This document shows, piece after piece, positions 7,307 through 18,255 of a stretch of DNA of 64,000 nucleotides. Numbering within the stretch: the first letter of the stretch is position 1; each line of letters opens with the position of its first letter. Position numbers and translations under genes: made by a program. The notes under the pieces are model-generated. The model did no database searches. It was not told where the DNA came from and saw nothing but the letters and a program-made list of their open reading frames with translations. Origin of the DNA: Alphaproteobacteria bacterium (lineage in GTDB: Bacteria; Pseudomonadota; Alphaproteobacteria; UBA7887); NCBI GenBank assembly GCA_965216755.1, contig CBDCGL010000011.1, positions 4,608,001 through 4,672,000 of the forward strand. The letters are read 5' to 3'.

Positions 7307-10300
7307 TTAGGTGAGGGAGGCCAAAAACGCTTTTGCGGCTAATAAATCGGGTGTGTCAAAGCCTTCATCGAAAGCGGCATGGATGGGCGTGATCAGGTCG
7401 CGCGCCTGGTTTGTCTGGTCTTGTTGGTTCCACAACTGCGCGAGGGAAAGGGCGGCGCGCAGCTCTAGTGCGCGGGCACCTTGGCCTTGTGCGACCACCA
7501 GGGCATTGGCAAATCGGCTGGCGGCGGAGTCCGCGTCGGGCTTGGCAACCTGCAAGGCCGCCTCACCGGAAAGGCGGAGGAGTTCCGCTTTCCAAAAGCC
7601 TTCGCCGGTCTCTTCCATAAGCGCGAACGCCTTGTCGATTTCGGCCAACGCGTCGTCGGGGCGACCGGCGTGTAGCAGAGCTTCGGCGGCCAAGCCGCGG
7701 AAATAGGTCGCACTCATTTGCGTACCGGTCTTGAGACAAAGCTGCACCCCTTCGGTGACTTCGTCCGGGCCGCCGCGCTCGTTACCCGAGATCGTGCGCG
7801 CCCAACCGCGTACAACGGTGGCGATGCCGACATACATGGCAAGGCCAAGGTCGCGGCCGATGACCAAGGCCTCCTCGGCGCAGGCCTGTGCCGCGGCGGG
7901 GTCGCGACGAAATTGATGGACCCAACTGGCCCATACCAGGCCGTGGGCGACACTGGGCGGGTGCCCAAGCTGCCGCGCGAGGGCGATCGCCTGGTCGACG
8001 TCGGCCTTGGCGCGATCGGGCGTGCCGATCAACCAACGGGCCAGGGCGCCTTGACCCAATCCGCACACGGCCGGGTCATGCCCGCCATATCGGGCGGCTT
8101 GGCCACCATGACTGTCGCGGTCGTACAAAGGCAGTCCGGTCTCCACGTGCGAGAGGCCGCGCCGTATGTCGCCATGCCATAAAAAGGTCGTCCAGGCCGC
8201 ATGATTGGCTTGAAGCCGCAACTCGACCGCTTGGTCTTGTTCGGCAATGTCGAGAAGTTCGTTGGCGTGGCCGATGGCGTGACCACTGCCGACACCCGTT
8301 TGTTGAAACAGCCAACTGCCCCACAAGGCCGGGAATTGTTGGTGTATGTCACCCAGGCTTTGGCAAATTCCATGCGCTTTTTCGTATATGTTCTTGGCCG
8401 TCTTTGATGCCCAGCCTTCGGTCACAATCAAGGCGGGGCCCAATACCGTATAGACGGCCAGTTCCTTTTGACGCCGCGTGTCGTCGTCAGGTGTTTGCTG
8501 GAGACATTCCAATGCCTTTTGCAGGTGACCGATGGCATCCTTGTTTGCGGCGTGGCGGACAGCCAACTGGCCGGCCCTCAGCCAACAGCCTGCGGCGTGC
8601 TCCACCAAGCCTGCCGATTGGTAATGGTGCGCCAGCAGCTCCGGCCGATTTTCCTCGATATGCGGATCGATCCGCCTGAGCGCCCCGGCGACCTTTTCAT
8701 GCCAATGGCGGCGCTTGTTGCGCAGCAGGGAATCCATCGCCGCTTCGTGCACCAAGGCGTGCTTGAAACTGTAGGAGACGCGCGACCCGCCGCCGCGCTG
8801 GAAGACGAGGCCCGAACTGACCAGCGCGGTCAGCGCGTCTTGCAAGGTTACTTCGTCCATGGGCGAGACCGCGGCAAGAACCTCATAGGCGAAGTCGCGG
8901 CCAATACAGGCACCGATCTGAGCCACTTCCTTTATCGGCGCCAATTGGTCTAGCCGTGCCATCAAGCTATCGCGCAACGTGGTCGGGATTTCCAGTGTCG
9001 GCATTGTTCCGCGGACTTCATATCGGTTGCCAACGTCTTCCAGATACCCGGCTTCGAGCACCATCTTGGTCAGCTCTTCGGCGAACAAGGGAATTCCGTC
9101 CGTCCGCTCGATGATCTGGTCGAGTACGGCTTGCGGCAGCGCTTTGGCGCGCGCAACACCGGCGATCAGGGCCGCGCCCTGGCGCCGCGTCAGGCGATTG
9201 AGTGCGTGCACCGTGACGTGGCCGTAGCCGAGCCACGGCGGTTTAAATTCCGGGCGATAGGTAACGATTAGCAAAACGCGTCGGTCATGGATGTTGTCAA
9301 TAAAGGCTGAGATCGCTTCCAGCGTTGTTTCATCGATCCAATGCGCATCTTCCACTACCATCAGAACCGGTTGTCGGCCGGAGAGACCGGTCAATTGTTC
9401 GACCAACGCCTCCATCGTTCTTTCTTTTTGCTTTTGTGGGCCGCCTGCGCGCAGCGGATAGCGGTCTTGTTCGATCGACAACATGGCGGCAAAAAGCGGC
9501 GCCACGGCGGCGACGTCGCCGGTGCCTTGGCTTAGCAGGGTTTCGAGCTTGTCGAGCTGTTCGATAGCCGTGTCGTTGCGGTCGAAACCCGCCGCACGCT
9601 GCAAATGCTCGATCAAGGGATACAGGGCGGTGTTAACAAAATAAGGCGAGCATTGGTAGCGCAGCCGAATATGTGGTTCTTCGGCCACGTGTCGGCATAT
9701 GGTTTCGGTGATGCGGCTCTTGCCGATGCCCGGCTCGCCGCACAGCAAAACCACTTGTCCTTCGCCGGCTTTGGCAAGACGCCAGCGTCGCAACAGCAAG
9801 CCGGTCTCTTCCTCGCGTCCGACCAATGGCGATAGATGCTCGGCATGGGCCGCGAAGCGGCCGTCGACTTGCGCGACCCCGGTCACGTGCCACGCACGGA
9901 GCGGTTCAACAATACCCTTCAAGACATGCTCGCCGAGATTCTCGAGCTCGAAGACGCCAGCGACAAGTTGGCGCGTCGTCGGGGCAATCACGACTTGGTC
10001 CGGTTTCGCCAAACCTTGGACACGGGCGGCAACATTTGGCGTCTCGCCGACCGCGGCATTCGGCAGATCGGCCCCGCCGTCGTGCGAGGCGCCGACGACG
10101 ACCGCGCCAGTCGCGATACCGACACGAACCCGCAGCGGCTCGGGCGAATCGATTGCCTTGACAGCTTGGACAATGTCGAGCCCCGCGCGCACGGCACGCT
10201 CAGCGTCGTCTTCATGGGCGACTGGCCAACCGAAATAAGCCATAACGCCGTCGCCCAAAAACTGCGCCACATGGCCTTCGTAACGTTCGATGACTTTCGC

Positions 10301-10681
10301 GCAGGGTTGGCGATAGGCGCGCATCAAGGCGCGCAAATCCTCGGGGTCCAGACGCTCCGACAGGGCCGTCGATCCAACCAAATCACAGAACATCACCGTA
10401 AGCTGGCGACGCTCAGCACCAGGCGCAGCGTTGGGCGCCGCGCTATCGCGCGGGGTGTGTTCTTCCGCGGATTGCGAAGGTGCTTGTTCCACAAAGGAAT
10501 GTTGGATTCCGTCGCGTAGCGCCTTAAGTAATTTGCGGCGGTGGCCGAGGCTCAAACCGAGGTTGGCGAAATCCGCGTCGTTCAGTTCGGCAAGTACATC
10601 AAGGTCGACGTCATTTGATTCGAATGCGTCAGCGTATTGACCGAGCCCGATCGCTTCCAGCCAGCTGCGTATGTTTGTCAT
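7307..10681 (-). CDS. Class III adenylate/guanylate cyclase with SAM, AAA/STAND ATPase and TPR domains
   Basis: SAM (WLEAIGLGQYADAF), cyclase (ERRQLTVMFCDLVGST, GDGVMAYFG), Walker A (GEPGIGKS), Walker B (VVEDAHW), helical TPR-like C-terminus. Confidence 0.93.
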   Translation of the reverse strand: MTNIRSWLEAIGLGQYADAFESNDVDLDVLAELNDADFANLGLSLGHRRKLLKALRDGIQHSFVEQAPSQSAEEHTPRDSAAPNAAPGAERRQLTVMFCDLVGSTALSERLDPEDLRALMRAYRQPCAKVIERYEGHVAQFLGDGVMAYFGWPVAHEDDAERAVRAGLDIVQAVKAIDSPEPLRVRVGIATGAVVVGASHDGGADLPNAAVGETPNVAARVQGLAKPDQVVIAPTTRQLVAGVFELENLGEHVLKGIVEPLRAWHVTGVAQVDGRFAAHAEHLSPLVGREEETGLLLRRWRLAKAGEGQVVLLCGEPGIGKSRITETICRHVAEEPHIRLRYQCSPYFVNTALYPLIEHLQRAAGFDRNDTAIEQLDKLETLLSQGTGDVAAVAPLFAAMLSIEQDRYPLRAGGPQKQKERTMEALVEQLTGLSGRQPVLMVVEDAHWIDETTLEAISAFIDNIHDRRVLLIVTYRPEFKPPWLGYGHVTVHALNRLTRRQGAALIAGVARAKALPQAVLDQIIERTDGIPLFAEELTKMVLEAGYLEDVGNRYEVRGTMPTLEIPTTLRDSLMARLDQLAPIKEVAQIGACIGRDFAYEVLAAVSPMDEVTLQDALTALVSSGLVFQRGGGSRVSYSFKHALVHEAAMDSLLRNKRRHWHEKVAGALRRIDPHIEENRPELLAHHYQSAGLVEHAAGCWLRAGQLAVRHAANKDAIGHLQKALECLQQTPDDDTRRQKELAVYTVLGPALIVTEGWASKTAKNIYEKAHGICQSLGDIHQQFPALWGSWLFQQTGVGSGHAIGHANELLDIAEQDQAVELRLQANHAAWTTFLWHGDIRRGLSHVETGLPLYDRDSHGGQAARYGGHDPAVCGLGQGALARWLIGTPDRAKADVDQAIALARQLGHPPSVAHGLVWASWVHQFRRDPAAAQACAEEALVIGRDLGLAMYVGIATVVRGWARTISGNERGGPDEVTEGVQLCLKTGTQMSATYFRGLAAEALLHAGRPDDALAEIDKAFALMEETGEGFWKAELLRLSGEAALQVAKPDADSAASRFANALVVAQGQGARALELRAALSLAQLWNQQDQTNQARDLITPIHAAFDEGFDTPDLLAAKAFLASLT

Positions 10682-10817
10682 GGGAATAGATTACACTGCC
10701 GCTGCGAATTGTGCAGCCGGCTGTCTTCTGCGACCAGCAGTGCTGCTGCCGACCGGTGGTGTTTTGCGTATGTTGCCCTATCATGGGGATGCCGAAGACA
10801 GCCCTTAGGAGCAAATC

Positions 10818-13325
10818 GTGTCAGAGCCCAACAAGACGAAGACAGCACCGTTTGAAGGCGTGCGGGTCATCAATCTGAGCGGCGCATGGGCGGGACGTAT
10901 CGCGGCCATGCTTCTGGCCGATCAGGGGGCAGACGCTATCGATATCCAGCGTCCTGACCGGAATAGACACCCGGCGGATCCGCTGATCGATCGCGGCAAA
11001 CGGGTGGTTCGTTTGAATTTCAGCCGGGATGAAGAAAAACAAAAGGCCATAGAATTGGCGAAGTCCGCAGATATCGTGATCGACAACATGCGGCCCGGTG
11101 CCGCGAAGCGATTCGGTTTGGACTATGAGAGTCTAAAACTGGCCAACGAGGCATTGGTGCATGTGGCCTTGCCGGGCTTTGCAAAGGGCGATGTCCGGCA
11201 CCAAGCGTATGCGTGGGAGGGTGCGGTCAACGCAGCCGTCGGCGTTTTTACCGACGTTGCGCCATTGGGGCCTTTGCTCGGCGGTGAGCCCATCTACACC
11301 GCAATACCCATGGCATCCGCGTATGGCGGTGTACATGGCGCCTTGGCCGCGGCGCTGGGCCTATTCCACAGAATGCGCTCCGGTCAGGGGCAGCATATCG
11401 AAGTGCCCCTTGCCGACGCGGTCCTATCCGCGATGGCGCTGTTGGCGGCAAAGATCGAAGGCCAGCCGGCGCGTTACAATTTGCCGTCAATCGACAATCC
11501 CATGATGAACGTGGCGTTTCCAATTTTTCGTGATTTGGCCGACCATTTGACGGCCAAGCACCGGGCGTTGATCGCGGGATACTTGAAAAGCTATCAGTTG
11601 CCGACATTCAATGATTTCGAATGTGCCGACGGCCGACGAATCTTCTTGAACGCCACTGACCATGTCCACCAATCGCGGGCCGCGCTCGAAGTCTTGGGAA
11701 TCTTTGACGACTTGGTCGCCGAAGGTTTGGTGATCGGCAACCCTTATGCCGAGACCGACGGCGGCAACAATCTCAACAACACCCGATCGTTGTCGCCGGC
11801 GTGGCAGAAGCGGTTGATTGAAGCTGTGGCGGAGCGGTTCAAGACGCGACCGGCGCATGAATGGGAAACCGCACTGCGTGACGCAAATGTGCCGAATACG
11901 CTGATCCAGACAACGGCAGAGTGGTTGGCTCGTGAAGAACTAAGGGCCGGCGCTGTGGTTAGCACGCTCGGCGATCCGGAGTATGGCGAGACAATTCAGG
12001 CCGGACGGTTTTTAAGTTTGGACGGTCCCGATATGGCGTCGCCGTCATTGTCGTCCAGATCATCGGTTGGCGGCGATGTCGACTGGCGCGCGGACGGTCT
12101 ATCGATCCAAACTGGGGACAAAACAAACACGTATAAGGGCATGCTGGATGGTGTACGCGTGCTTGATCTTTCGAATGTCATTGCAGGTCCGGCGGCGGGG
12201 CGCACGTTGGCCGAATTTGGCGCCGACGTTATTCGGATCGATCCGCCGGCGCCGCAAGCCGGCCCACGCATGACCAATTGGTTTGGCGTCGATGTCAACC
12301 AAGGCAAGCGCGCCATGATCTTGGATCTCAAGTCCGAACGAGGGCAAGAGATCATGACCCGACTGGTCGCCAACGCAGACGTGGTGTTGCACAATTTCCT
12401 AGACCGATCCGCCAAAACGCTCGGCATTGGCCATAATCAACTCACGGCTATCAAGCCGGACATCATTTCGTGCCAGATCAGTGCTTGGGGCGGTCCGGAC
12501 GGCGGCCCATTCAAGGATGATCCGGCATTTGACCCAGTATTGCAGGCGGCGAGCGGCATCATGGCGCGCTACGGCACCTCGCAACAGCCGGTGTTGCACG
12601 CCATCGCATCGTGTGTGGACTATATCACCGGCTTCGCGGCAACACTTGGAATCGTGCAGGCGTTGGCCGCAAGGTCAGCCGGGCGTGGCGGTGCATATGT
12701 TCGGACGGCACTTGCCATGGGCGCGCAGCTTGTGCAGTTCCCTTTTGTGATCGATCACATGGCGGTTGAACATGGCCGCGAACCGTCCGGCCAAGACGCT
12801 CGGGGCGACGGCGCGCACCAACACCTATACCGCGCCGACGATGGGTGGGTGTTTGTCGGCTGCCGCCGGCTCGACTTGGCTGCAGTTTCAGATGCACTTG
12901 GCGCGACTGCCCAAAACGCTCAGGCGATCGCTGAAAAAGCTGGAAAGCATTCAATGAAACAACTGATGTTGCTGCTGGACCGCGTTCCGGGCGCTGTGGC
13001 CATGCCGGTGGCATCGCTGCAATCAATACGCGAGTCGCACACCGTGGATGCGGACGAGACGATGCAAGTGGCGGCCACCAACGGTTCGCTACAACTGGTG
13101 CGATCGCCACATCCGTCCGGCTATCCCACGACATTGCCGGTGCCGACATGGCATCGCCCGGACAGTACCGTCGTACGTCGCTTGTTCCCGGCCCCGTGGC
13201 CCGGAGCCCATACGCGCGATATCTTGCGGGAAACTGGCTGGACATTTGCGGAGATCGACCAGATTCTGGCGGACGGCGCGGCTGCGACGGAATGGCCAAT
13301 GCTCAAACACTATTTGCCCAAATAA
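10818..13325 (+). CDS. Class III CoA-transferase with two tandem CaiB domains (DddD-like)
   Basis: Two CaiB N-terminal motifs (FEGVRVINLS...LLADQGAD; LDGVRVLDLSNVIAGP...LAEFGADVI). 835 aa. Candidate catalytic Asp in AFDPVLQA. Confidence 0.85.
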   Translation: MSEPNKTKTAPFEGVRVINLSGAWAGRIAAMLLADQGADAIDIQRPDRNRHPADPLIDRGKRVVRLNFSRDEEKQKAIELAKSADIVIDNMRPGAAKRFGLDYESLKLANEALVHVALPGFAKGDVRHQAYAWEGAVNAAVGVFTDVAPLGPLLGGEPIYTAIPMASAYGGVHGALAAALGLFHRMRSGQGQHIEVPLADAVLSAMALLAAKIEGQPARYNLPSIDNPMMNVAFPIFRDLADHLTAKHRALIAGYLKSYQLPTFNDFECADGRRIFLNATDHVHQSRAALEVLGIFDDLVAEGLVIGNPYAETDGGNNLNNTRSLSPAWQKRLIEAVAERFKTRPAHEWETALRDANVPNTLIQTTAEWLAREELRAGAVVSTLGDPEYGETIQAGRFLSLDGPDMASPSLSSRSSVGGDVDWRADGLSIQTGDKTNTYKGMLDGVRVLDLSNVIAGPAAGRTLAEFGADVIRIDPPAPQAGPRMTNWFGVDVNQGKRAMILDLKSERGQEIMTRLVANADVVLHNFLDRSAKTLGIGHNQLTAIKPDIISCQISAWGGPDGGPFKDDPAFDPVLQAASGIMARYGTSQQPVLHAIASCVDYITGFAATLGIVQALAARSAGRGGAYVRTALAMGAQLVQFPFVIDHMAVEHGREPSGQDARGDGAHQHLYRADDGWVFVGCRRLDLAAVSDALGATAQNAQAIAEKAGKHSMKQLMLLLDRVPGAVAMPVASLQSIRESHTVDADETMQVAATNGSLQLVRSPHPSGYPTTLPVPTWHRPDSTVVRRLFPAPWPGAHTRDILRETGWTFAEIDQILADGAAATEWPMLKHYLPK

Positions 13326-13454
13326 TCTGCTCCCGATCAGGATTTCTGGGTCGGCGAGACATCCAACATTGGATCGCCGCATTCTATATGAATCAGAGGC
13401 ACCGCATACTCTTCTGCCCCGTAGGAAAAACCCCGATACGCATTCGAGGACTTC

Positions 13455-15131
13455 ATGACGGTCAAATCCGACATCGATATTGCCCGCGACGCAACTTTGT
13501 TGCCGATTCAAGAGATTGCCGCAAAACTCGGCATTCCAGCTGATTGTTTGGTGCCCTTCGGCCACGACAAGGCGAAAATCTCCAGTGACTTTGTCCGCGA
13601 TCAATCGGAACAATCGGATGGCAAGCTGATTTTGGTGACGGCCATCAACCCGACCCCCGCCGGCGAAGGCAAAACGACCACCACCGTAGGATTGGGTGAC
13701 GCGCTCAATCGCATCGGCAAGCGAGCGGCGATCTGTCTGCGAGAGCCATCGCTAGGACCGTGTTTTGGCATGAAGGGCGGCGCAGCTGGTGGCGGGCTTG
13801 CGCAGGTTGTGCCCATGGAAGACATCAACCTCCATTTCACCGGTGATTTTCACGCCATTACCAGCGCACACAATCTGCTCAGCGCCATGATCGATAATCA
13901 TATCTATTGGGGCAATGCGGCAGGACTGGATATTCGCCGGATCACGTGGCGGCGCGTGTTGGACATGAACGATCGGGCCCTGCGCCAAATTGTCGCATCA
14001 CTTGGCGGCGTTGCGAACGGATTTCCGCGCGAAGCTGGATTTGACATTACTGTGGCATCCGAGATCATGGCGATTCTTTGTCTAGCCATGGATCTACCGG
14101 ACCTGCAGGCGAGATTGGGCGATATCATCGTAGGCTATCGCCGCGATCGTTCGCCGGTGTTTTGTCGGGATATCAAGGCCGATGGCGCTATGACAGTGTT
14201 GCTCAAACAAGCGATGCAGCCGAATTTGGTCCAGACGCTTGAAAACAACCCAGCGTTCATTCATGGCGGGCCATTCGCCAATATCGCGCATGGCTGCAAT
14301 TCCGTCATTGCCACACGCACAGCACTGAAGCTGGCCGATTATGTGGTCACGGAAGCGGGATTCGGCGCTGATTTGGGAGCCGAAAAGTTCTTCAACATCA
14401 AATGTCGTAAAGCTGGCTTGAAACCGCAAGCAGCGGTTATTGTCGCAACGGTTCGCGCACTAAAGATGAATGGCGGCGTTGGCAAGGATAATCTTGCAAA
14501 TGAGAATATTGCAGCCGTCAAGAAGGGGTGTGCAAACCTCAGACGACATATCGAGAACGTAAAGCAATTCGGGGTCCCTGCCATCGTGGCGATCAATCAT
14601 TTTTCGAACGACACCGATGCTGAAATTGTTGCAGTCACGGACAACGTCATGCGCCAAGGCGCCGAGGCTGTGGTTTGTCGGCATTGGGCACAAGGATCAG
14701 TAGGGGCCGAGGAATTGGCACGAAAAGTGGTTGATCTGATCGACGGCCGTGGTGCGCAGTTTGCCCCCCTTTATGACGACGATCTGCCGTTGTTCAAAAA
14801 AGTCGAAGCGATTGCGAAACGCGTCTATAGAGCGGATGAAGTGCTGGCCGATCGGAAAATCCGTGACCAATTGCGTCAGTGGGAAGAACGCGGTTTCGGG
14901 CGCTTGCCCATCTGTATCGCCAAGACACAATATTCGTTTTCCACGGATCCGAATTTGCGAGGCGCACCGAACGGCCATTCAGTGCCGATCCGCGAGGTTC
15001 GGCTCGCGGCGGGGGCTGGATTTGTTGTCGTCATTTGTGGTGATATCATGACCATGCCCGGATTACCGCGAGTTCCATCGGCCGAGGCGATATACATTGA
15101 CGATGCGGGCGAGGTCCAAGGGCTTTTTTAG
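13455..15131 (+). CDS. fhs: Formate--tetrahydrofolate ligase
   Basis: Motifs [63 protein letters not shown]. Confidence 0.97.
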   Translation: MTVKSDIDIARDATLLPIQEIAAKLGIPADCLVPFGHDKAKISSDFVRDQSEQSDGKLILVTAINPTPAGEGKTTTTVGLGDALNRIGKRAAICLREPSLGPCFGMKGGAAGGGLAQVVPMEDINLHFTGDFHAITSAHNLLSAMIDNHIYWGNAAGLDIRRITWRRVLDMNDRALRQIVASLGGVANGFPREAGFDITVASEIMAILCLAMDLPDLQARLGDIIVGYRRDRSPVFCRDIKADGAMTVLLKQAMQPNLVQTLENNPAFIHGGPFANIAHGCNSVIATRTALKLADYVVTEAGFGADLGAEKFFNIKCRKAGLKPQAAVIVATVRALKMNGGVGKDNLANENIAAVKKGCANLRRHIENVKQFGVPAIVAINHFSNDTDAEIVAVTDNVMRQGAEAVVCRHWAQGSVGAEELARKVVDLIDGRGAQFAPLYDDDLPLFKKVEAIAKRVYRADEVLADRKIRDQLRQWEERGFGRLPICIAKTQYSFSTDPNLRGAPNGHSVPIREVRLAAGAGFVVVICGDIMTMPGLPRVPSAEAIYIDDAGEVQGLF

Positions 15132-15212
15132 CATGGCACTAAGTTTCAAGTGCCGGCGCGCCGATCGACTTGAAGGTCGTGCGCAGACTGCATTGGCGGA
15201 GCCGGAGATAAC

Positions 15213-15989
15213 TCAGAATCTGTGAATGAGCAATCCACCGTCTGCCTGAATGCTTTGGCCGGTGGCAAAGGCAAGTTGACCGGTGGCGAGTGCGGCGGCG
15301 ACAGAACCCATGTCGCGCGGTTGTCCGAGATGGGGCACGATCGTTAGTCCTTCCTTTGCGCGCTTGATGTACATATCGCGCGCCGGCGCCGACATGTCTG
15401 TTTCGATCAGACCAGGTTGGATTTCGTAAGAACCGATTCCCTCCGCGCCAAGGCGCACCGCGAACAACTTAGCTATCATCGACATGGCAGCTTTGGATAC
15501 ACAATATTCCCCTCGGTTGATCGAAGCGGCCTGTGCGTTTACCGATGACACAGTAATAATGCAGTGGTGCACTTGAGGCTCACGTTGGCGGCCGAGAACC
15601 CGCTTGGAGAATGCTTGGCTCAAGAAGAACGCGCCACGGGCGTTGATGGCCTGGCAACGATCATAGCTTTCCGGTAAAACATCGAGAAGATCGCCTCGGC
15701 TAAGCACCGAAACACCAGCATTGTTGACCAGTGTCGTCATGGGGCCAAGAGCAGCTTCCGTTGTGTCCAGCATAGACTTATGGCACTCGATGTCCGACAC
15801 GTCGCCGACGACCGCTACGGCCTTGACGCCAAGGGCCTCAACGTCCGCCATCGTTGTGCGCATCTGGTCGCCGTCTTGCCGCGCATTGACGCCAATGCAA
15901 AAACCTTGATTTGCCAAGGCAAGGGCGATGCCCCGACCAATGCCGCGGCTTGAGCCCGTGACCAAGGCGACATGTTGTGCGTCGCTCAT
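15213..15989 (-). CDS. Short-chain dehydrogenase/reductase
   Basis: TGSSRGIG, NNAG and YCVSK (YxxxK). Start overlaps the ACAD stop. Confidence 0.9.
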   Translation of the reverse strand: MSDAQHVALVTGSSRGIGRGIALALANQGFCIGVNARQDGDQMRTTMADVEALGVKAVAVVGDVSDIECHKSMLDTTEAALGPMTTLVNNAGVSVLSRGDLLDVLPESYDRCQAINARGAFFLSQAFSKRVLGRQREPQVHHCIITVSSVNAQAASINRGEYCVSKAAMSMIAKLFAVRLGAEGIGSYEIQPGLIETDMSAPARDMYIKRAKEGLTIVPHLGQPRDMGSVAAALATGQLAFATGQSIQADGGLLIHRF

Positions 15990-17149
15990 AGATTTGATGC
16001 TCCATTCTTGATCAAGTCGCGCGCGATGATGACACGCTGAATTTGATTTGTCCCTTCGTAGATCTGCGTAATCTTAGCGTCACGATAGAGCCGCTCGACC
16101 TCAAAGCCTTGAATGTAGCCGGATCCACCAAAAATCTGTACTGCGTTCGCCGTGTGAGTCACGGCGATATCGCCCGCGAAGCATTTTGCCATTGAACACG
16201 CAGCTGTCGCAGGTTCTTCGTTGTCTAGCATAATAGCGGCGCGGTGGACCATGGCGCGGGCAGCGGTCACATCTTTCGCCATGTCCGCCAACATCCATTG
16301 AATCCCCTGGTTGTCGACGATCAACCGATCAAACTGCTTGCGCGTTTGGGCGTATTCCAAAGCGGCTTCCAATCCGGCTTGCGTGATGCCAACCGCCAAG
16401 GCACCAATGCCGACGCGACCTTTTTCAAGCACGCTCATCATAATGTGAAAACCGCGGCCCTCCGGCCCAAGCAATGCGGCTTCGGGCAAATCGACGTTGT
16501 CGAAAGAGAGTGCGCCGACTTGGCTGGCGCGTTGACCCATCTTGCGTTCCTTGGGGCCACGCATCACGCCGCGCGCATTGAGGTCGACAATGAAGATGCT
16601 CATGCCACGGTGGCCAGCTTCAGGATCAGTGCGACAAAGGACGAAGCCGAGATCCGCCACCGGCGCATTGTGGATCCAAAGCTTGTTGCCGTTGAGGCGC
16701 CAGCCGTTCTCGGTTCGCAGCGCCGTCGATCTGATCCCGGACACGTCGGAACCCGCGTCGGCCTCGGTTATGCAATAAGCGACCCGTGACTCGGCCCGAA
16801 GTATTCTGCCCAGGAATTTTGCGCGCTGTTCATCGGTACCGTAGCGGGTGAGCAATGTGCCAATCAGTTCAATCAGGCCGCATTGGTCTGCGACCGAGGC
16901 GTAACCCCGGGCAAGCTCCTCCATGACTATCACGTAGGCATAACAGTCCAAACCGACGCCGCCATGCGACTCTGGCACTGTGATACCGAACAATCCGAGA
17001 TCCGCCATTTTGGCATATAGCTCACTCGGGAACCGCTCCTCGCAGTCGAGTGTTTCGGCCAACGGCCGGATGTCGTCATTGGCAAAGCGCCGGGCCGTGT
17101 CTCGAACGTGTCGGTAAGTTTCGTCGTCAAGTCTTGGAATGGGAAGCAT
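15986..17149 (-). CDS. Acyl-CoA dehydrogenase
   Basis: Motifs TEADAGSD, LNGNKLWI, KMGQR, QIFGGSGY, IYEGTNQIQR. Confidence 0.93.
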   Translation of the reverse strand: MLPIPRLDDETYRHVRDTARRFANDDIRPLAETLDCEERFPSELYAKMADLGLFGITVPESHGGVGLDCYAYVIVMEELARGYASVADQCGLIELIGTLLTRYGTDEQRAKFLGRILRAESRVAYCITEADAGSDVSGIRSTALRTENGWRLNGNKLWIHNAPVADLGFVLCRTDPEAGHRGMSIFIVDLNARGVMRGPKERKMGQRASQVGALSFDNVDLPEAALLGPEGRGFHIMMSVLEKGRVGIGALAVGITQAGLEAALEYAQTRKQFDRLIVDNQGIQWMLADMAKDVTAARAMVHRAAIMLDNEEPATAACSMAKCFAGDIAVTHTANAVQIFGGSGYIQGFEVERLYRDAKITQIYEGTNQIQRVIIARDLIKNGASNL

Positions 17150-17220
17150 AGGAACTGCTCACGTTGGAACGATGCGCGCTGTCCGCTGCATCTTCAAGGT
17201 TCAGGGTATTTTCTAATGAA

Positions 17221-17236
17221 GTAACTATATGGTTAC
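17221..17236. promoter_or_regulatory. Inverted repeat GTAAC-N6-GTTAC, putative TetR-family operator
   Basis: gtaactatatggttac lies ~70 bp upstream of the ACAD start, beside a TetR gene. Confidence 0.45.
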
Positions 17237-17317
17237 ATATAGCATGGGATCGCGTTGATCAAGTAAGAAAATGCCATGGCTATTTGTCAGCTGACCAGGG
17301 CGGTGCGCCACGGTGGT

Positions 17318-18064
17318 TCACATCTTACGTACTAGGCGGCGAATCGTTGTCAGGTTGAATTCCAGTCGCTCCGCCAGTGCGGTTTCTGTCATAAACTCCC
17401 GCCCGTATATGACCGATCCAGTAAAGCGATTAGTGAGATAATAATATCCTATTGCGGCGATTGTGATGGCTAACTGCGTCGGGTCTATGCCTTTTCGGAA
17501 TACGCCCTTTTTTACACCTTTGTCCAAGATCTGCTCGATTAGTTCGCCAAACGGCCGATGGATGTTGCGAATTTCTGTCGATTTCTTAATGTGGCGTGCG
17601 CGATGCAGGTTCTCGCTGTTGACCAATGTCAAAAATTCGGGATTTTGGAGATAGTAATTCCAGGTAAACTCGATCAATTGGTCAAGCGCGGGCTCGGGCT
17701 CGAGCTGCTGCAGATTAAGAGCGCGTTCGGCGGCGCGAATGTTGGCGTAGGCATCCTCCAAAACGGCAGCAAAAAGCGCTTCTTTGCTACCAAAGTAATG
17801 ATAGATCATCCGTTTGTTGGCCCTTGCCGAGGCCGCGATCTGGTCAACACGCGCCCCGCCCAATCCATGCTTGGCGAATTCCTTCTTGGCTGCGATCAAG
17901 ATACGGCGTTGCGTTGCTTCGGCGTCGCGGACACGGGGCGCCGTCATTGGCTTGGTTGAGCGCTGTGAGGTCGCTCCCGTCGCTTGTGCCATGTCGGCAG
18001 TCTCCTCTGCATAGCCAAGGTTTGCGGGGAACTTGGTTATAGGTGGCCGCGTGTTTGATGCCAA
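17318..18064 (-). CDS. TetR/AcrR-family regulator (RutR/NicS-like); true start may be downstream of 18064
   Basis: HTH region ILIAAKKEFAKHGLGGARVDQIA...NKRMIYHYFGSKEALF; C-terminal SENLHRA. Confidence 0.9.
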   Translation of the reverse strand: MASNTRPPITKFPANLGYAEETADMAQATGATSQRSTKPMTAPRVRDAEATQRRILIAAKKEFAKHGLGGARVDQIAASARANKRMIYHYFGSKEALFAAVLEDAYANIRAAERALNLQQLEPEPALDQLIEFTWNYYLQNPEFLTLVNSENLHRARHIKKSTEIRNIHRPFGELIEQILDKGVKKGVFRKGIDPTQLAITIAAIGYYYLTNRFTGSVIYGREFMTETALAERLEFNLTTIRRLVRKM

Positions 18065-18255
18065 GGCACCTTAACCGGTCAGGCGCCCCACGGTCTGCCA
18101 CGAAGAACCAAGCATGCGAACAACTCTGTCGGTCGCAATTGCCATCTGGCGCACTTATGATGGGTGGGAGCGAACCGAATTGGCGGCTGAAATAGGTGTA
18201 AGTTGCCGTCGTGCTCGTGTTGCGTTTCGAGACTTGCGACAAAGGAGGTGGCGTC

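Noticed and set aside
13326-13454. Possible ZTP or THF riboswitch upstream of fhs
   Set aside because: No recognisable consensus elements by eye. An Infernal search would be needed to exclude it fully.
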